DNA of 64,000 nt from Octopus vulgaris (GCA_951406725.2 OX597824.1:51336001-51400000), one strand, 5' to 3'; positions 1-18,303 are shown, counted from the stretch's first letter. Numbers and translations are program-made. Notes: generated by a model not told the origin, from the letters alone.

Positions 1-12
1 CATTAGACAGAG

Positions 13-172
13 GCCATGCAGAGGCACCGCCTCGAAGAAGTGTTAGTTGAACGAATTGACCTTAGTGCCTTTTTCTTTTAAATCTGGTATTTATTCCTGT
101 GGTCTCTTTTGCCGGACCGCTAAGTGATGGGAAAGTAAACACAGCAACACCGGTTGTCAAGCGGTGGGGGGG
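13..172 (-). mobile_element. tRNA-derived SINE family 1, 3' fragment
   Basis: Matches the reverse complement of the 3' half of the full copies at 36816-37210 and 60074-60500 (ggtctcttttgccg..accgctaagt..gtaaacac..cggttgtcaagcg). Confidence 0.75.
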
Positions 173-248
173 ATAAACGCATACACCCACTCACACACAC
201 ATACACACACATACATAGATATACATATATATATATATTATAATATAT

Positions 249-297
<49 letters not shown>

Positions 298-300
<3 letters not shown>

Positions 301-780
301 GTACATGACGTCACCAACAGTAAACAACATGAAATACGAAAACAAATGAGTTAAATACGCAAACGGGAGAGAAAATAGAAAACAGGTCGAATAATACAAA
401 GAATACAAAAAACGACCCTTCATCAGTTGTCGGCTGCCTATCTACCCCCTATTTCGAGCAATCAACCTCAAAATGAGTCTTCGAAGACAGTTGCTCCCAT
501 AAATACCAAAATAAAATTTGGGATTTATGGAAGGTCAAAGTTTGGAACAAAATCAGGACAGTGAAGACATACAAGGAAACTGAACGAAAACAAACATGGA
601 GGTTTGTTAGACCAGAACGAGGGGGAAATAGGGAACGCTGGGGGAAATATTTTCTTTGAAAAGAGAAACGATAGAAAAGAGAGATAGGAGACGTCGTCAT
701 TAGAACGCCCGTGCAAGAAAAGAAAGATGGTAACGTGAGGAAAAGAAAAATGGACGATGGTCACGTGTGAGCAACGAGAG
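298..780 (-). repeat. Interspersed repeat remnant, probably a PLE-type 3' terminus abutting (TA)n
   Basis: Non-coding tract, pyrimidine-rich on the minus strand, ending directly in a (TA)n array like the other PLE termini in this window. Confidence 0.35.
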
Positions 781-1043
781 AGAGTGAAAAGAGAAAGAAG
801 AGAGGGAGAGATAGACAGACAGACAAACAGATAGAAAATGGGGAAAATGATAAAAAGGGAATTAGAGAAAGATGGGAGATAAGACAGTATAAATTAGAGT
901 CGCATCAAAAGGTTAAGATAAAATTACTTGGAAATGGATGCGTGGTGTTCAAATAAATAATAATATAAATGATATATGTGTGTGTGTGTATGCATATATG
1001 GATATATATATATACATATATACATACATGCATATATATATGT

Positions 1044-1130
1044 GTAGGGTGCAATGGGTAGTTTGTCGCTATTTTATATTTTTCATTTCGTGCATGCGCA
1101 TCGTTTGCATTTGATTTTGTCGACTACACT
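1044..1130 (+). mobile_element. Possible Tc1/mariner terminal fragment
   Basis: Starts ta-gggtg like the cagggtg TIR at 18304 and truncates the neighbouring ORF1. No partner TIR seen. Confidence 0.3.
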
Positions 1131-1863
1131 GCATAGGATCCTTTGGTGAGTACCCATTGTTGCTCACCTTCTTCCTCTTGCGGCCCTTCTTTGAGGAGTT
1201 CTCCGCCTCCTCGTACGTCTTCATTCCCTCTCCTGCAGAGGTCTCAATCAACTTCTCCAGGACCTTTCTTTGTTCCTGGGGACAGTTATTCTTTATATGG
1301 CCAGGCTCCAGGCACCAATGACACCTGGGGGGACGACTCTCAAGAATCACCGGGTGCCTGCACACGACCATTTTCAAAAAATCTGGAGAAACCAGATTGG
1401 CTGATTGGGTCCAAAGGGTCAAAACAGCTTTTGACCCAACAGTCGCAGGAAAAACTTTCACATTAAGGAACTAAGCTCCACTGCCACCCAGACCCCGGCT
1501 GATAGTCTCCTCTATCCACTCGGGTTTTATTCCGGGTGGCAACCCGCAAACCCAAGCTCTTGTCAATCTCTTTCCACAATACGTAGGAAGAAACAAAATT
1601 TCTTTGCCCTCTAAGGGCTGGCTCGCAAATATGCGACCTCTTCAGGGGTGTCAAATAGCAACCACACCGTTGCGCATTTTACCCCCACCACCACCACTGG
1701 AAATGAATTTAATAGTTGGTAGATACTCTGCCAACCCCTTTTCAATTACAGTCTTTTCAAACAGGTCGATGGTGTCGAGCGACATGGAGTAAGTCCTCAA
1801 CACCACCGTCTTCTCTTCGCGGTCTTTCAGCCACTGTTTGGGTGGTATGGTATAATTTCCCAT
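1069..1863 (-). pseudogene. LINE (L1/Tx1-like) ORF1 gag-like protein with CCHC zinc knuckle, interrupted by stops
   Basis: ORFs 1651-1863 and 1069-1461 are in the same frame. Motif RPPRCHWCLEPGHIKNNCP is a CX2CX4HX4C knuckle. Confidence 0.7.
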
Positions 1864-2189
1864 TCCAAAACATTGTCTTTTTTCATTGCCATTTTTTTAT
1901 TGTAATAACAGTTCAAAAATAGTTCAAAATAAAACTTTGAAAGAGAGACGAAAAGAAAGAAATCAAAAGAAAGTCACAATAAAATGGAACGAAGAAAAGG
2001 AAAACAATTCACGAGAAAAGAATGTAAAAAAAAAATTTCGAAGAAAGAAAGTCAATATTTCAAAAACACAGCCAAAAAATCTTCCGGCCACTGGGTACAC
2101 CCGGTCAAGGTGGAACCCAGAACGCCACAACTGGAACATAACCTCCACAAAAACTGGTATACAAGTAGTTCAATCTTCGGAGACAAAGA

Positions 2190-2390
2190 CACTCCCCCAA
2201 AACAGCAATTCTCACAATTATTTTTAAAATTCACAAAAAGTGAACAAATTTTTAGGAAGCCCGATACGCCCCCAAGCAACAATTCTCACAATTAAGTGAG
2301 AAAAAATATTAACTTAACGTGAACCACTAACTTGGAAGCGCGATACGCTCCAAACAAAAATTCTCACAATTTAAGTGAGAAAAAATATTC
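2190..2390. repeat. Imperfect tandem repeat (3 units, ~70-75 bp spacing) upstream of the LINE ORF1
   Basis: aattctcacaatt(t)a recurs at ~2207, ~2281 and ~2359; the last two units are followed by agtgagaaaaaatatt. Confidence 0.6.
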
Positions 2391-2649
2391 ACTACACTGC
2401 AGGCAGACTAGAGTGTAGAATCCAGCGAGGACTTCTTGCTTGTACAAAAAAAAATTATTACCGCAAACAACAAACCCCCACTGGACCCCAAAAAACAATA
2501 GTCTTACCTTACAGCGGAGCTTTAAAATTCTTCAGTTTAAGACGGCTTTAAAAGCACGTCTTGACAGCTTCAGTGCCAAACACTACACTGACTTGCACAT
2601 GCGTAGTGGGGAAGCAAGCTTCTTACAACACAGTCACTCCAATGTATAT

Positions 2650-2800
2650 ACGACGGGCTTCTTGCTGTTTCCGTCTGCCAAATCCACTCACAGAGCTTTA
2701 GTCGGCCTGAGGCTATCGTAGAAGACGCTTGCGCAATCTTCCACACTGGAACCATGTGGTTGGGAAGAAAACTTCTTACCACACAGCCACGCCTGTGCCT
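2650..2800 (-). mobile_element. SINE family 1, 5' (tRNA-derived) half
   Basis: Reverse complement reads aggcacaggcgtggctgtgtggtaagaag..ccacatggttcc..gtgagtggatttggcagacggaaac..gaagcccgtcg, matching the full copies. Confidence 0.8.
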
Positions 2801-3210
2801 GGTTTATGTTATCGTGGTCTTGATTTTAATGGTAATTAAAGCATGTTGGTTTATTAGTCCAAGGTTGCATGGCATGCAGGCATTTGGGGCTAATTTGTAT
2901 TGAATAGAGTATATGAATATAAAATATGTAATGATCTTGTGAGTTCTGCAATTACTTATGCAGGATGCTGGGTTTCGAATGAAAAGTGCGAATTATAGGT
3001 GTTAAATAGAGTTTCCTAGTCATTCGGGCATTTAGATGACCCCGGTGATTAGTATTGTGAGCATGATCAGTTCAATTGTGCCAGGGATATTTGTTTAGAA
3101 GCTGCGCCAAGGCGATCAACTATGGTTAGCCTAACGGACAAATTGTTTAGCAGCTTTTCCTGTGGCTTTATATGTTCTGGGTTCAAATTCCCCCGAGGAC
3201 GACTCTCATT

Positions 3211-3428
3211 TAAGGTGACGAGCTGGCAGAATCGGTAAGTGCGCTGGGAAAAGTACTTAGCGACATTTCGCCCGTGTTTACGTTCTGAATTCGAATTCCA
3301 CTGAAATTGACTCTGCTTTTTATCCTTTCGTTGTCGATAAAATAAGTATCAGTTGAACACTGGAGTCGATGCAATCGACTTAACCGCTTCTCTAAAATTA
3401 CTGACCTTCTGCTAAAATTTGAAACCGA
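3211..3428 (+). mobile_element. tRNA-derived SINE family 2 (Nin/Deu-domain-like core)
   Basis: ggtgacgagctggcagaatcg..ttctgaattcgaattcc..atcctttcgttgtcgataaaataagta; about ten related copies in the window. Confidence 0.75.
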
Positions 3429-4157
3429 TATTTGTTAAGAAGCATTTTTGTAGGTACTTTGATCTAATAATAAAAGAGAAGTTTAAATAAGCTTAAAGAT
3501 GAAGTGCAAGTGTTGAAAGAATTCTGAGTTGAAATTATTCTCCATTAGACTCTGGTAGATTCAGAATTTCTTTGTCTTATTTCAGAAAAACAACACCTGT
3601 ACAATAAGCCACCATATGTACGCGTCCGCGCGCGTGTGCATGTGTATGTGTGTGTGTGTGTGTGTGTGTCTTTTTGTTTGCCTCCACCACACTCCTTGAC
3701 AACCGGTGTTGGTTTGTTTACATCTGAGTGCATATGTGTGTATAAACTGTTTCATCTGTTATACGAAAATATGAGCTTCTAATCTCCCTGTATTCTAGTC
3801 CATACTCCAAACGACTGTAATTAATCATCATTTTATTCTTCATTCTTTTTCTTTTTTGCTATAAATTGCTGTTAAGTTATTCAACTAGTATGCAGTTCTG
3901 TCGCTCTCTGCGTTTGAAATCCTTAGATTTTTCTTTTTTTCTTTTTTTGTCATGTTTACTACTTCTATGATATTTACAGTTACTGATGAATCTAGAGAAG
4001 TAGTGCAATAGAATAATCACTGAAACTAAATTGATTATTGACTATCGAGACGTTTACCACGGCCATATTTCTTTCTTGCTTCCATGTTGCCTCAGCTTCT
4101 ATTCATACTACACCCCACTCCCCCACACAAACATGCATATATAAATATGTATGCATA

Positions 4158-4221
<64 letters not shown>

Positions 4222-4258
4222 AATATACGCAGACAGATAGACAGACAGACAGATATAC

Positions 4259-5180
<922 letters not shown>

Positions 5181-5189
5181 AGACTGTTG

Positions 5190-9105
<3,916 letters not shown>

Positions 9106-9636
9106 GAGTGAGAGAGAAGTGCATGCTATCAATGTGACACTGAGGTAAAATATCTGCATACCCATCATGACGACCCGTCTGATAAGGGTATACATGCACC
9201 ACAACCATATGTGCGCGACTTGGTGATCTCACATCAAGATAAACAGCGCATGACCTTGCAGGTGGAGCTTAGTTAGGATTTTCTTCTGGTCGAGTAGCTC
9301 ATCCCTCTCAAAAGGTCCCTGAATAGGGTTTGTTTAAACATGTTGAACGAAGCACCCATGTTTCCAAAGGTGAATTATCCAAACCCTAAAGAATTCCTTT
9401 CAACACATGGCTGTGATGCTCTGCCACTACTTCTGCTCGTGATCAGAGACGCACTTATCGTCAACCACTAAGGGATATGTTCAACTGGTTAACATCAAAC
9501 AATTTACAAGCAAATCTGTGGTAGTGAGCAAAATATTTGCTGTAGCCCATCTTTTATACCAAGACAAAACTATGTACATGATAACACTTCCAATCAGTTA
9601 AGATTAAAAACCATGAGAGCCACTGCATCAGGGCAT
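9106..9636 (-). mobile_element. ~550 bp non-coding retroposon embedded in (TAA)n, copy 1
   Basis: Homologous to 46381-46935 and to the reverse complement of 36282-36743. Flanked by TTA arrays on both sides. Confidence 0.85.
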
Positions 9637-9912
<276 letters not shown>

Positions 9913-9938
9913 GAGTGAGAGAGCAGTGCATGCCATCT

Positions 9939-10175
9939 TGCACCACCAACAACCTTATCTACGCGTTCAAATATTCTTTCTGCAATTCATTTTACGTCGG
10001 GCAAGCTAGATGCTAACTATTCAACAGGCTCGCATAGCACCTCCAAGACGTTCGACTCGGCAACGGAATCACTAACATTTCGACATTTCCTTGCTACAGG
10101 CCACAGCTCTCAATACCTCCCACTTCCAAAAGAACAGAAGCTTAGCTTCTTCGTACAAACTTGAACCCGCAATAA
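9939..10175 (+). pseudogene. Penelope-like GIY-YIG endonuclease fragment
   Basis: Translates CTTNNLIYAFKYSFCNSFYVGQAR..RLA*HLQDVR, similar to the GIY-YIG at ~42900-43020. Confidence 0.65.
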
Positions 10176-11239
10176 ATCAAATCTAACCTTAATTTGCCTA
10201 ATCTACAATTCCAGTCCGCTGCTTCCACTAACCATTCATAGTTACTTATACATAATCATTCGTGCATGCTCCTAAATCTATCATCAATATTCTAGACCTT
10301 CATAGTCATATTTTGAGAACAAGTCATGAAGACATCTGTTGTTTCCCTTTTTTAAATGAACATGGATGGACAATGATGTCAGTGTAGACATTATAGCCAG
10401 AATTTTAATGTTGAAAATTAGATTTATACATCATGACTTTTAGTGTATATATGACTAGTGTTTGTTGTGTGCGAGTTTACCAATTTGCTCTTGTATGGGT
10501 GCAAGTTCCATTGTTAATCGTCCATTTTTGTGTTGTCTGCTAATGTCTTCCCAATTTAGTTTTTGTTTGTGAGGTGCTGTGCTGCTAGTTGTAGCATGAA
10601 GAAGCAGCAACATATGCCAAAAGTTGGCATCAACTTGAGGGTGAGACTCTGAAGGTCTAGAAATGTTGATACTGGATTTAAGAATTTTACTGTTTGAAAT
10701 AGGAACAACCTATGCGAAAATATGAAAAAAATTATTTCGATGAAAGAGATGAACGAACTCTACAATTGTGTATTCAATATGTTTTAATGAATGTTACCCC
10801 TTGTAAAAGCATACATACACACACATGCACACACACATACACACGCATACATACACATACATACGTACTCATGCACATACATACACACGCACACACACAT
10901 ACGCGTACACACATATAAACACACATTCACACGCATATACACACATCATACACACACACACATATATTTATGGTTTCAAATATTAGACTTCGCACGCGCA
11001 GTAGAATCATTAAAGGCTGACGCTCGACTCCCACAAAAATCCGGGAGGAAGAAAGGTAGAATTGACCTGAAGTGGAATAAATAGGAGCGACGTAACCAAA
11101 TACCACAAAGTATTTTGTTCAACACTATATCGCTCTATATATACATATATCAAATACATTTCACTGTGATAATTTTTTGTACCATTCCATTACCCTATCA
11201 TAACCAGTCAACAATTCTAATCCTATCATGTAGCATACC

Positions 11240-12290
11240 AAATTTCTACTTCTTTCTCACTCCCACCACCACTTTCTCTCTCTCATTTGCCTCTCCCCCT
11301 TCTCTCTCCCCCTGCTCTCTCCTTCTCTCTCTCACTCTCTCTTCTCTCCCCTCTCACCTCTTCTACTCCCTCCCAGTTTCTACAACGCTATCTTTACACT
11401 TGCAACCGTTCCTTCTATAGTCTTTTATCAAATACTCATCCATTTTTCTTCAACTTTATTCCTATCCATTTTTCTCTCCCCTCCCTCTCTCTTTCTTTCT
11501 CCATCCATTTCTTTTTAAAATACAGTATTTCTTATTTTTCTGATCTTTTCTTTTCCTATTTTCTTTCTTTTTTCCTTTTTCCTCTTTTCTTTCATACTTG
11601 CTTTCTTTTTTTCTGTCTTTTCTTTCGTTTTTCTTTTTCCTACTTATTTTTTCGGTTTTTTTCCGTTTCCAAATAATTTATTTGTCCTTTACACCTCTCA
11701 CTTTCCTCTCCTTTTTTTCTGTTTCCTCATCTCCTCTCTCTCTCTCTCTCTCTCTCTTTCTACCTTCCTTTATCTTTCTCTCCTGCCCCTCTCTCTTTTA
11801 CTTTTATTTTGACTTCTTCCTCCCCTTGCCCCACCGACTATTAATATTTTTCGGCCACCATTTTCCTTCTTTTATTCATCTCATGTTTCTTTTTATATGT
11901 AATTCTAGCAGTAATTTTTTAATTTCCTTTCATTCACAGTTTAAATTCCTTCCCCAACCTCACCCAACAACACAACGCTTAATTTTTCTTGCTATATTTC
12001 TTTCTCCATATTTCTCAGATTTTTCTTCCTTTTCTTTCACTCCTGTTTCCTTACAATCGTTATTTATTTACGAATGCATTCATTGTTTTTATATATTCCT
12101 TTTTATCTTTCAGTTTAACTTTGTTCCCATTCGCTTTTTTTATATTCATCGCTCTCTTTTCTCTTTTTTCTCTTGCTTCTTTTTTTACCTTCATTCATTC
12201 AACTCCAATTTACCCATTTCTCATTTTTTTAAAAATATTTTTTAAAACAATTTTCTTTTCACTTGGATATCAGTTTTCGTTTTCATATTT
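11240..12290. repeat. ~1 kb pyrimidine-rich low-complexity tract
   Basis: The plus strand is almost entirely T/C runs. Confidence 0.8.
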
Positions 12291-12337
12291 TAATTGATCG
12301 TTTATACACCTCCACGCAAATTTGTAGCCTTATGTAA

Positions 12338-12417
<80 letters not shown>

Positions 12418-12759
12418 CACCATCATTACTAACACCAATATCATCTTCATTCTTATTTCTTCAGCTTCGTTCATATCATCCTCCTCGGTCGCATCACCTA
12501 CAACCTCTTCCCTTTACTTCTTCTCCTCCTCATCCTCATCCTCTCCATCCTCCCCATCACTATCATAGTCATCACTGCTTGGTTTGGATATAATTATCTT
12601 TGTGTTATTGATATCATTGTAGTTGTTATATTTTATCATTAATGCCATTATCAGTAGACTGAATAATATTCCTATTATCATTATTATTATCGCTGTCGTT
12701 ATTATTGTTGTTGATGATGTTTTTGTTGATGTTGTTATTACTGTTGTTATTGATAATAA

Positions 12760-12770
12760 AAATAATAATG

Positions 12771-12807
<37 letters not shown>

Positions 12808-12897
12808 CAACAACAACAACAACAACAAGAAGAAGAAGAAGAAGAAGAAGAAGAAGAAGAAGAAGAAGAAGAAGAAGAAGAAGAAGAAGAAGAAGAA
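12760..12897. repeat. Compound microsatellite (AAT)n(AAC)n(AAG)n
   Basis: Read directly from the sequence. Confidence 0.95.
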
Positions 12898-13102
12898 AAG
12901 CTATCAGAGAAGCAAAAGCAACATTAAAAGATACAGTGACTACCGACGTATAGATGTGAGAAAGTATGGAAACTGAAAATAAAGACGAAATTTGAAAAGG
13001 CTTCTCTAATGAATACGTCAATTAAATCCCAAAGAAAATTTAGTCGCACATAAGCACACGTAAACCTAACACATATACGTGTATGTGTACATGCAAGTAT
13101 AG

Positions 13103-13152
<50 letters not shown>

Positions 13153-13251
13153 CACACACATGCATCATATATATATATACATATGTGTATGTCTTGCTAT
13201 ATTGATTTGCAGCCATGTGTACGTGTGTAAATATGTATGTATATATGTGTC

Positions 13252-13299
<48 letters not shown>

Positions 13300-13570
13300 A
13301 ATGTATTATGTAAATACGTACACATTCATAGGCAAACAAGCACATACTAATGTGCTCACATACACGCGCGCGTACGGTCAGACGCATGCACACACACACA
13401 CAAAACAAACACACATACAGAGACAGTGGAAGAATAAGAGAAAAACAGAGTATGTATGATCCAAAAGTCACTTAGCATTTAAGAGATATCAATTTTTTAA
13501 TGTATGGGTATACATGCATGTGTGAATATATATGTATATATATGTGTGTGTGTGTGTGTGTATATATATA

Positions 13571-13614
<44 letters not shown>

Positions 13615-13616
13615 TG

Positions 13617-13674
<58 letters not shown>

Positions 13675-13682
13675 CATATATA

Positions 13683-13725
<43 letters not shown>

Positions 13726-13804
13726 ATTGGCGGAAGTCAACTCATAAACGAGTAAGACCAATAGATATACATACATATATATATATATACATATATATCA
13801 AATT

Positions 13805-14013
13805 GTGACCGCGTGTGTACCGTTGGCGATTTTTTTCCTCCGTCTTCCCTTCTTTGGATCCTTCCTTTTCCTATGTTTCTGACGAAGAGCTCCACTCGAA
13901 ACGTTAAACCCTCCTTCTTTCCTTCTTTCCTGAGCGTCCAATAACACTATACTTGTTCCACGTCGTCGCGTTGTTGTGTTTTCTCTTTGTGTTTTCATGT
14001 TTGGATTAACTTT
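13805..14013 (+). mobile_element. PLE-type terminal repeat (pLTR) remnant with a hammerhead, between (TA)n tracts
   Basis: Second copy at 30633-30818 and a tail fragment at ~27351-27397. Confidence 0.7.
13875..13909 (+). ncRNA. Minimal type-I hammerhead ribozyme
   Basis: gttt-CTGACGA-agagctccactc-GAAA-c-GTT-aaac: stem I gttt/aaac, stem II gag/ctc, palindromic AACGTT stem III. Confidence 0.7.
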
Positions 14014-14216
14014 ATATACATATATATAGATATATACACACACACTTACATACATGACTATACATATATATTTAATTAGATTGCCTAGTATTTTTTGTGA
14101 ATAGTAATATTCATAAAATAGTAGGTCTAAATATAAACCTTGGTTTATTAATATTCAAAAGAAAATTTAGAAAATGGAGATGTAGCATTAATATGATTAA
14201 CTTCAAAAATCCAACA

Positions 14217-14328
14217 TATTCTCTTACAGATGTTTCAGTTTAGCCTAAAGATTAAATTACAATAATTAAATCAATTTAATTATTACAATTTAATCTTTAG
14301 GCTAAACTGAAACAGCTGTAAGAGAATA
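14217..14328. repeat. Near-perfect 112 bp palindrome carrying the 3' half of a hammerhead (GAAACAGCTGTA)
   Basis: tattctcttacagatgtttcagtttagcctaaagattaaatt..|..aatttaatctttaggctaaactgaaacagctgtaagagaata. Confidence 0.9.
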
Positions 14329-14824
14329 GGCTCAATTTTTCCATTTCCAAAGTGCACGTGTGTTCGCGTTTATGTTTGTCATGCATGAGGATTTGCTTTG
14401 GATCTGTATTTTACTTACATTTACTGGTATTTGATTGTTGAACTTTTATAGGCAAATTCTTTTAATATTGAGTGCTTTATTGATGTTTGCCAGGATTGTT
14501 TAATCCCGCTTTTCTTCTTTTAAGTATATGTGTGCGTGTGTGTGAGTGTATACATAAATATATGTATATGCATGTGCATATGTATGTGTATTTGTGGGTA
14601 TGTGTGTGTGTTTGTGTGTATGTGTGTGCGCATCTGTTTGTGCGTTTATGTTTATATAGTTGTACATATACAAAATATATTGTTACTGTGACCCATATTG
14701 TCTGCTAGTAGTTAGGGTAAAAACTGACGCTTACAATTACAAAATGAACAATTTCATTTTATGCTCCAACACAACAATATTTAGACATCATGTTTACATC
14801 CCATCTACCCTTATACCGTTCCTC

Positions 14825-15275
14825 CAAGACCTTGATGTGCAGAAGTGGGAATAAAATTTTATTTATGTCAACATGTGGCTCATGTAGTGTGTTGGGATCA
14901 CTAGGTTTGAGGTTAGATTTGGAGATCAATTCCTCTCCACCCAATGCTTCTCTCGAGCTCTTCTGTCCTGCGTGCACAGAAAACAGAGATATTTGGTGTA
15001 TCCGTGTTGCTAACCAAGAAGGATGCATACCATTTTAAGGTCAACACAGATGATCCAATTGTGTTTATGAGATTGCAACAACTCGACGATGGTCTTCATG
15101 TCTCCATATCCTTCACGAGAGCAATCTAAATGCCCAATTGGGACACCATCCGCTACCATTGTGGAGGAAGACACAATTTAAAGTCCACTTTGAGCTATCG
15201 ATAAAGTCTGTAGATCAGAATTCTAAATTCCTCCAAATAAACCTTGTTTGTTATAGCAACATACAAACCTACTGT
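14825..15275 (-). pseudogene. Chapaev3-like (CMC) DNA transposase fragment
   Basis: Minus-strand translation across frameshifts: FIDSSKWTLNCVFLHNG..PIGH..HNWIICVDLKMVCILLG*QHGYTKYLCFLC..KILFPLLHIK. Confidence 0.65.
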
Positions 15276-15357
15276 TACTTTGAAAGCACTGCAGAAATGC
15301 ACTTTAGTTGGATCGAAAGATATCTGTGCTCCTACTTATCCGAGATTAAATATTGGA

Positions 15358-15570
15358 TTCAAATTTTGGCACAAGGGCAGCAATTATGGGGGAGAAGGGT
15401 TAGTCGATTACCTCAACTCAGCGCTCAACTGGTACTTATTTTAATTGACCCCGAAAGAATGAAAGGCAAAGTCGACCTCGGTGGAATTTCAACTCAGTGC
15501 ATAAGAAGGGATGAAATGCCGCTAAGTGTTTTGCACGGTGCGGTAACCATTTTGTCAGCGCACCACCTTA
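15358..15570 (-). mobile_element. SINE family 2
   Basis: ggtacttattttaattgaccccgaaagaatgaaaggcaaagtcgacctcgg core. Confidence 0.8.
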
Positions 15571-16374
15571 GCTGGGTTTAAATATTATCAACAGTGACAA
15601 CAACAACAACGTCTCCAACACCGCTCACTGAGAAAATATTAGTGAATAGAAAGAAAAAAACACAACAGCCTTTTTATATCTATGTTTTTTATATATAAAA
15701 GCAATGATTTATTACATTTCGAATCTTACAGAATGTGTGTAATTGGTTTCCAGTTTGTCACTAAATGTTTAGAAGCGACTGAGTTTTATTTGAAAGATTT
15801 TAGTTGTGACATGTTATTAGTTCTAAGTATAGGAAATGCTATTTTTGACTTCCTTAGTTTTGATTTGAGCTTTTTTGTATGTGTGTTAAGATGTTAATTC
15901 CAGTTCACTTTTGAAATGTGAAATATTTACTTCTAGGCACGTAAAACGAGAGAACATGTCATCTTTGCATTTCATTGATGTTATGCTGGTTAAAGAGTGT
16001 TCACCTTTGTTTCAAGGGCAAACTTTCGGGTAAAAGAAAAAGCGAAAGAAAAAGAGAGATATGGGGTGGGGAGAGCGATATCGGGAATGATGACGCAGTG
16101 AATAGCAGAAGATGGACGGAAATGAGAAGGATGAGAGAAGAAAGATTTTGCAAATGAAGGAATGTGTGTGCGTGCGAGCACGTCCGTGTGTGTGCATCAA
16201 GAAATATAAATGCATTATTGTGCATAAATACGCGAATACATATACAGACAGATAGGCAAACAGATATATAAAGAGATGAATAGATATAATGACCGAAAAA
16301 CAGATATATCAATTTCTTTTTACTAAACCAGCTACATAGACACATTTTTTAGTTCATTTCAGAGGGAGAAACAG

Positions 16375-16775
16375 CGCCCGTGTGTCCATGCAGGCCTTTT
16401 AAAATCTGTGAGATTAATAGCGTTGTCTTGCAGTTTAGCTGCTGTAATAACATATGCATGGAGTGCATTACAGAAGCTGAAGGATCTAATAAGAGAAGAT
16501 TGAGTTCAGTGGTTAGTGTGACACCTGGATAGATTGAATAGAAGAGGAGAGAAGACTAAGTTGAGAATGGATGAGTGGAGGTAGAGCAAGGCAAACCAGC
16601 TGCGAGATGCAGAGGCCATTACATCAGTAAAGCGTGTATATAGTGGCCGCGCTGGTCCTGATGTGTGAATATTATTCTACTGTGAGTTTTGCTTGAACAT
16701 TGTAGAAGTTTAGTGGTTGCTGAGGATGAAGTATTTTCTGATTTTGAAGACCAGTCTTCAATATATACACTCTTT
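16375..16775 (-). mobile_element. Degraded CR1/L2-type LINE 3' fragment
   Basis: Minus strand gives KIRKYF and later CNGLC/SF..CNAL-like residues resembling a LINE RT C-terminus. Highly decayed. Confidence 0.35.
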
Positions 16776-16802
16776 GCTATGTTGGGTATGTATGTATAAC
16801 GC

Positions 16803-16902
<100 letters not shown>

Positions 16903-16921
16903 CATACATACATATCTTTTA

Positions 16922-17100
16922 TCTTTTACTTGTTTCAGTCATTGGACCGCGGCCATGCTGGGGCACCGCTTTGGAGGAATTTAGTCGAAGAAATCAACCC
17001 TGCATTTATTTTTTTAAGTCGGGTACTTATTCTGCCGGACTCCCTAAACGAACCGCCAGGTTACGAGGATGTAAAGAAACCAAGGCGGTGGTCAAGTGAT
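16922..17100 (-). mobile_element. SINE family 1, 3' fragment
   Basis: tcttttacttgtttcagtcattggaccgcggccatgctggggcacc tail. Confidence 0.7.
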
Positions 17101-17323
17101 ATGACGACCAAGATAGACTCAAAAGGCACATACACACACATACACATATACGCGCGCCTGCACACACACATAAAAGCGCACAGATTAAAAATGTGTGCGT
17201 AATCATTAATTCGATATTCAGCTTTGATGAGAAACAATGTAATTGCTAGCGTGAATGCCTTGCAAAAAATTCATGCGTGAATCTAATCCTTACGACTATA
17301 TCTTTTCGGCTGTAATTGAGATG

Positions 17324-17325
<2 letters not shown>

Positions 17326-17405
<80 letters not shown>

Positions 17406-17421
17406 TGTGTGTGTGTGTGTG
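17326..17421. repeat. (GT)n microsatellite
   Basis: Read directly from the sequence. Confidence 0.95.
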
Positions 17422-17491
17422 TTTAAGGGTAGAAGGAGGGTGGCGAAAAGAAACAGCTTGCGAATTATGTGATGAGGTGGAAATGGAAATA

Positions 17492-17883
17492 TTGACATAT
17501 CGTGGCACTCCGTCGGTTACGACGACGAGGGTTCCAATTGATCCGATCAACAGAACAGGCTGCTCGGGAAATTAACGTGTGAGTGGATGAGCACCCCACA
17601 GACATGTGTACCCTTAACGTTGTTCTCGGAGAAACTCAGCGTGACACAGAGTGTGACAAGGCTGGCCCTTTGAAATACAGGTACAACAGAAACAGGAAGA
17701 AAGAGTGAGAGAAAGTTGTGGTGAAAAAGTACGGCAGAGTTCACCACCACTCCCTGCCGGAGCCTCGAGGAACTTTAGACATTTTCGCTCAATAAACGCT
17801 CACAACGCCCGGACTGGGAATCGAAACCGCAATCCTACGTCAGCGAGTCCGTTGCCCTAAACACTGGGCCATTGCGCCTCCAC
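17492..17883 (-). mobile_element. tRNA-derived SINE family 3, full length, with an RTE-like tail
   Basis: Minus strand begins gtggaggcgcaatggcccagtgtttagggc..ggtttcgattccc (A/B boxes) and ends cgtaaccgacggagtgccac. Confidence 0.75.
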
Positions 17884-18303
17884 ACTGACATATATATTCA
17901 TAAACAATTAGAGGCAGGGAGAAAGAGTTGCTGTTACACTTGTAAACTGGAAGATTAAATTATTTCTTTCATTATCTTTGCTAGAAAGAAGCACTTCCGT
18001 ACCCCAGTTGAAGGGCAGGTGTTTTGGGTTTTTCGTGAATGAACTCCATTCTTGCTACCTGTATTTCTGGTTTATGTCTAAAAATAACGGTTATTACATT
18101 CAGGATTCACTACATTTTTCATATTATTAGTGTTTTCTTAAGGGATGTTGATGTAGCTATTGCATATTTAGATGTTGTGTCTTTCATTATATCCTTTTTA
18201 GTTATTTCTTTTTGTGTGATTTCGGTTCTGTCTGAAGTTTTTTCTTTATAGCTGGCCGCAAGATTTGAATTTGAGTAGCTCTTTGATAAGCTCTCTCAAT
18301 ATA

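Noticed and set aside
405-490. Minus-strand CTGATGA at ~419-426 and a hammerhead-like ctgtc..tcgaaga..gaaa..gta-gatag at 438-490
   Set aside because: The first has no downstream GAAA/NUH. The second lacks the CUGA core and a clean stem II.
2190-2390. CRISPR-like spaced repeats
   Set aside because: Only three imperfect units in a eukaryotic LINE 5' region, with no cas genes.
11598-12245. 215-aa F/L/S-rich ORF as a membrane protein
   Set aside because: It is an artefact of the polypyrimidine tract.
17930-18300. Possible PLE coding remnant interrupted by the mariner element
   Set aside because: Only scattered residues (NTCP, VYKC, KSYS) are recognisable, which is not enough for a call.
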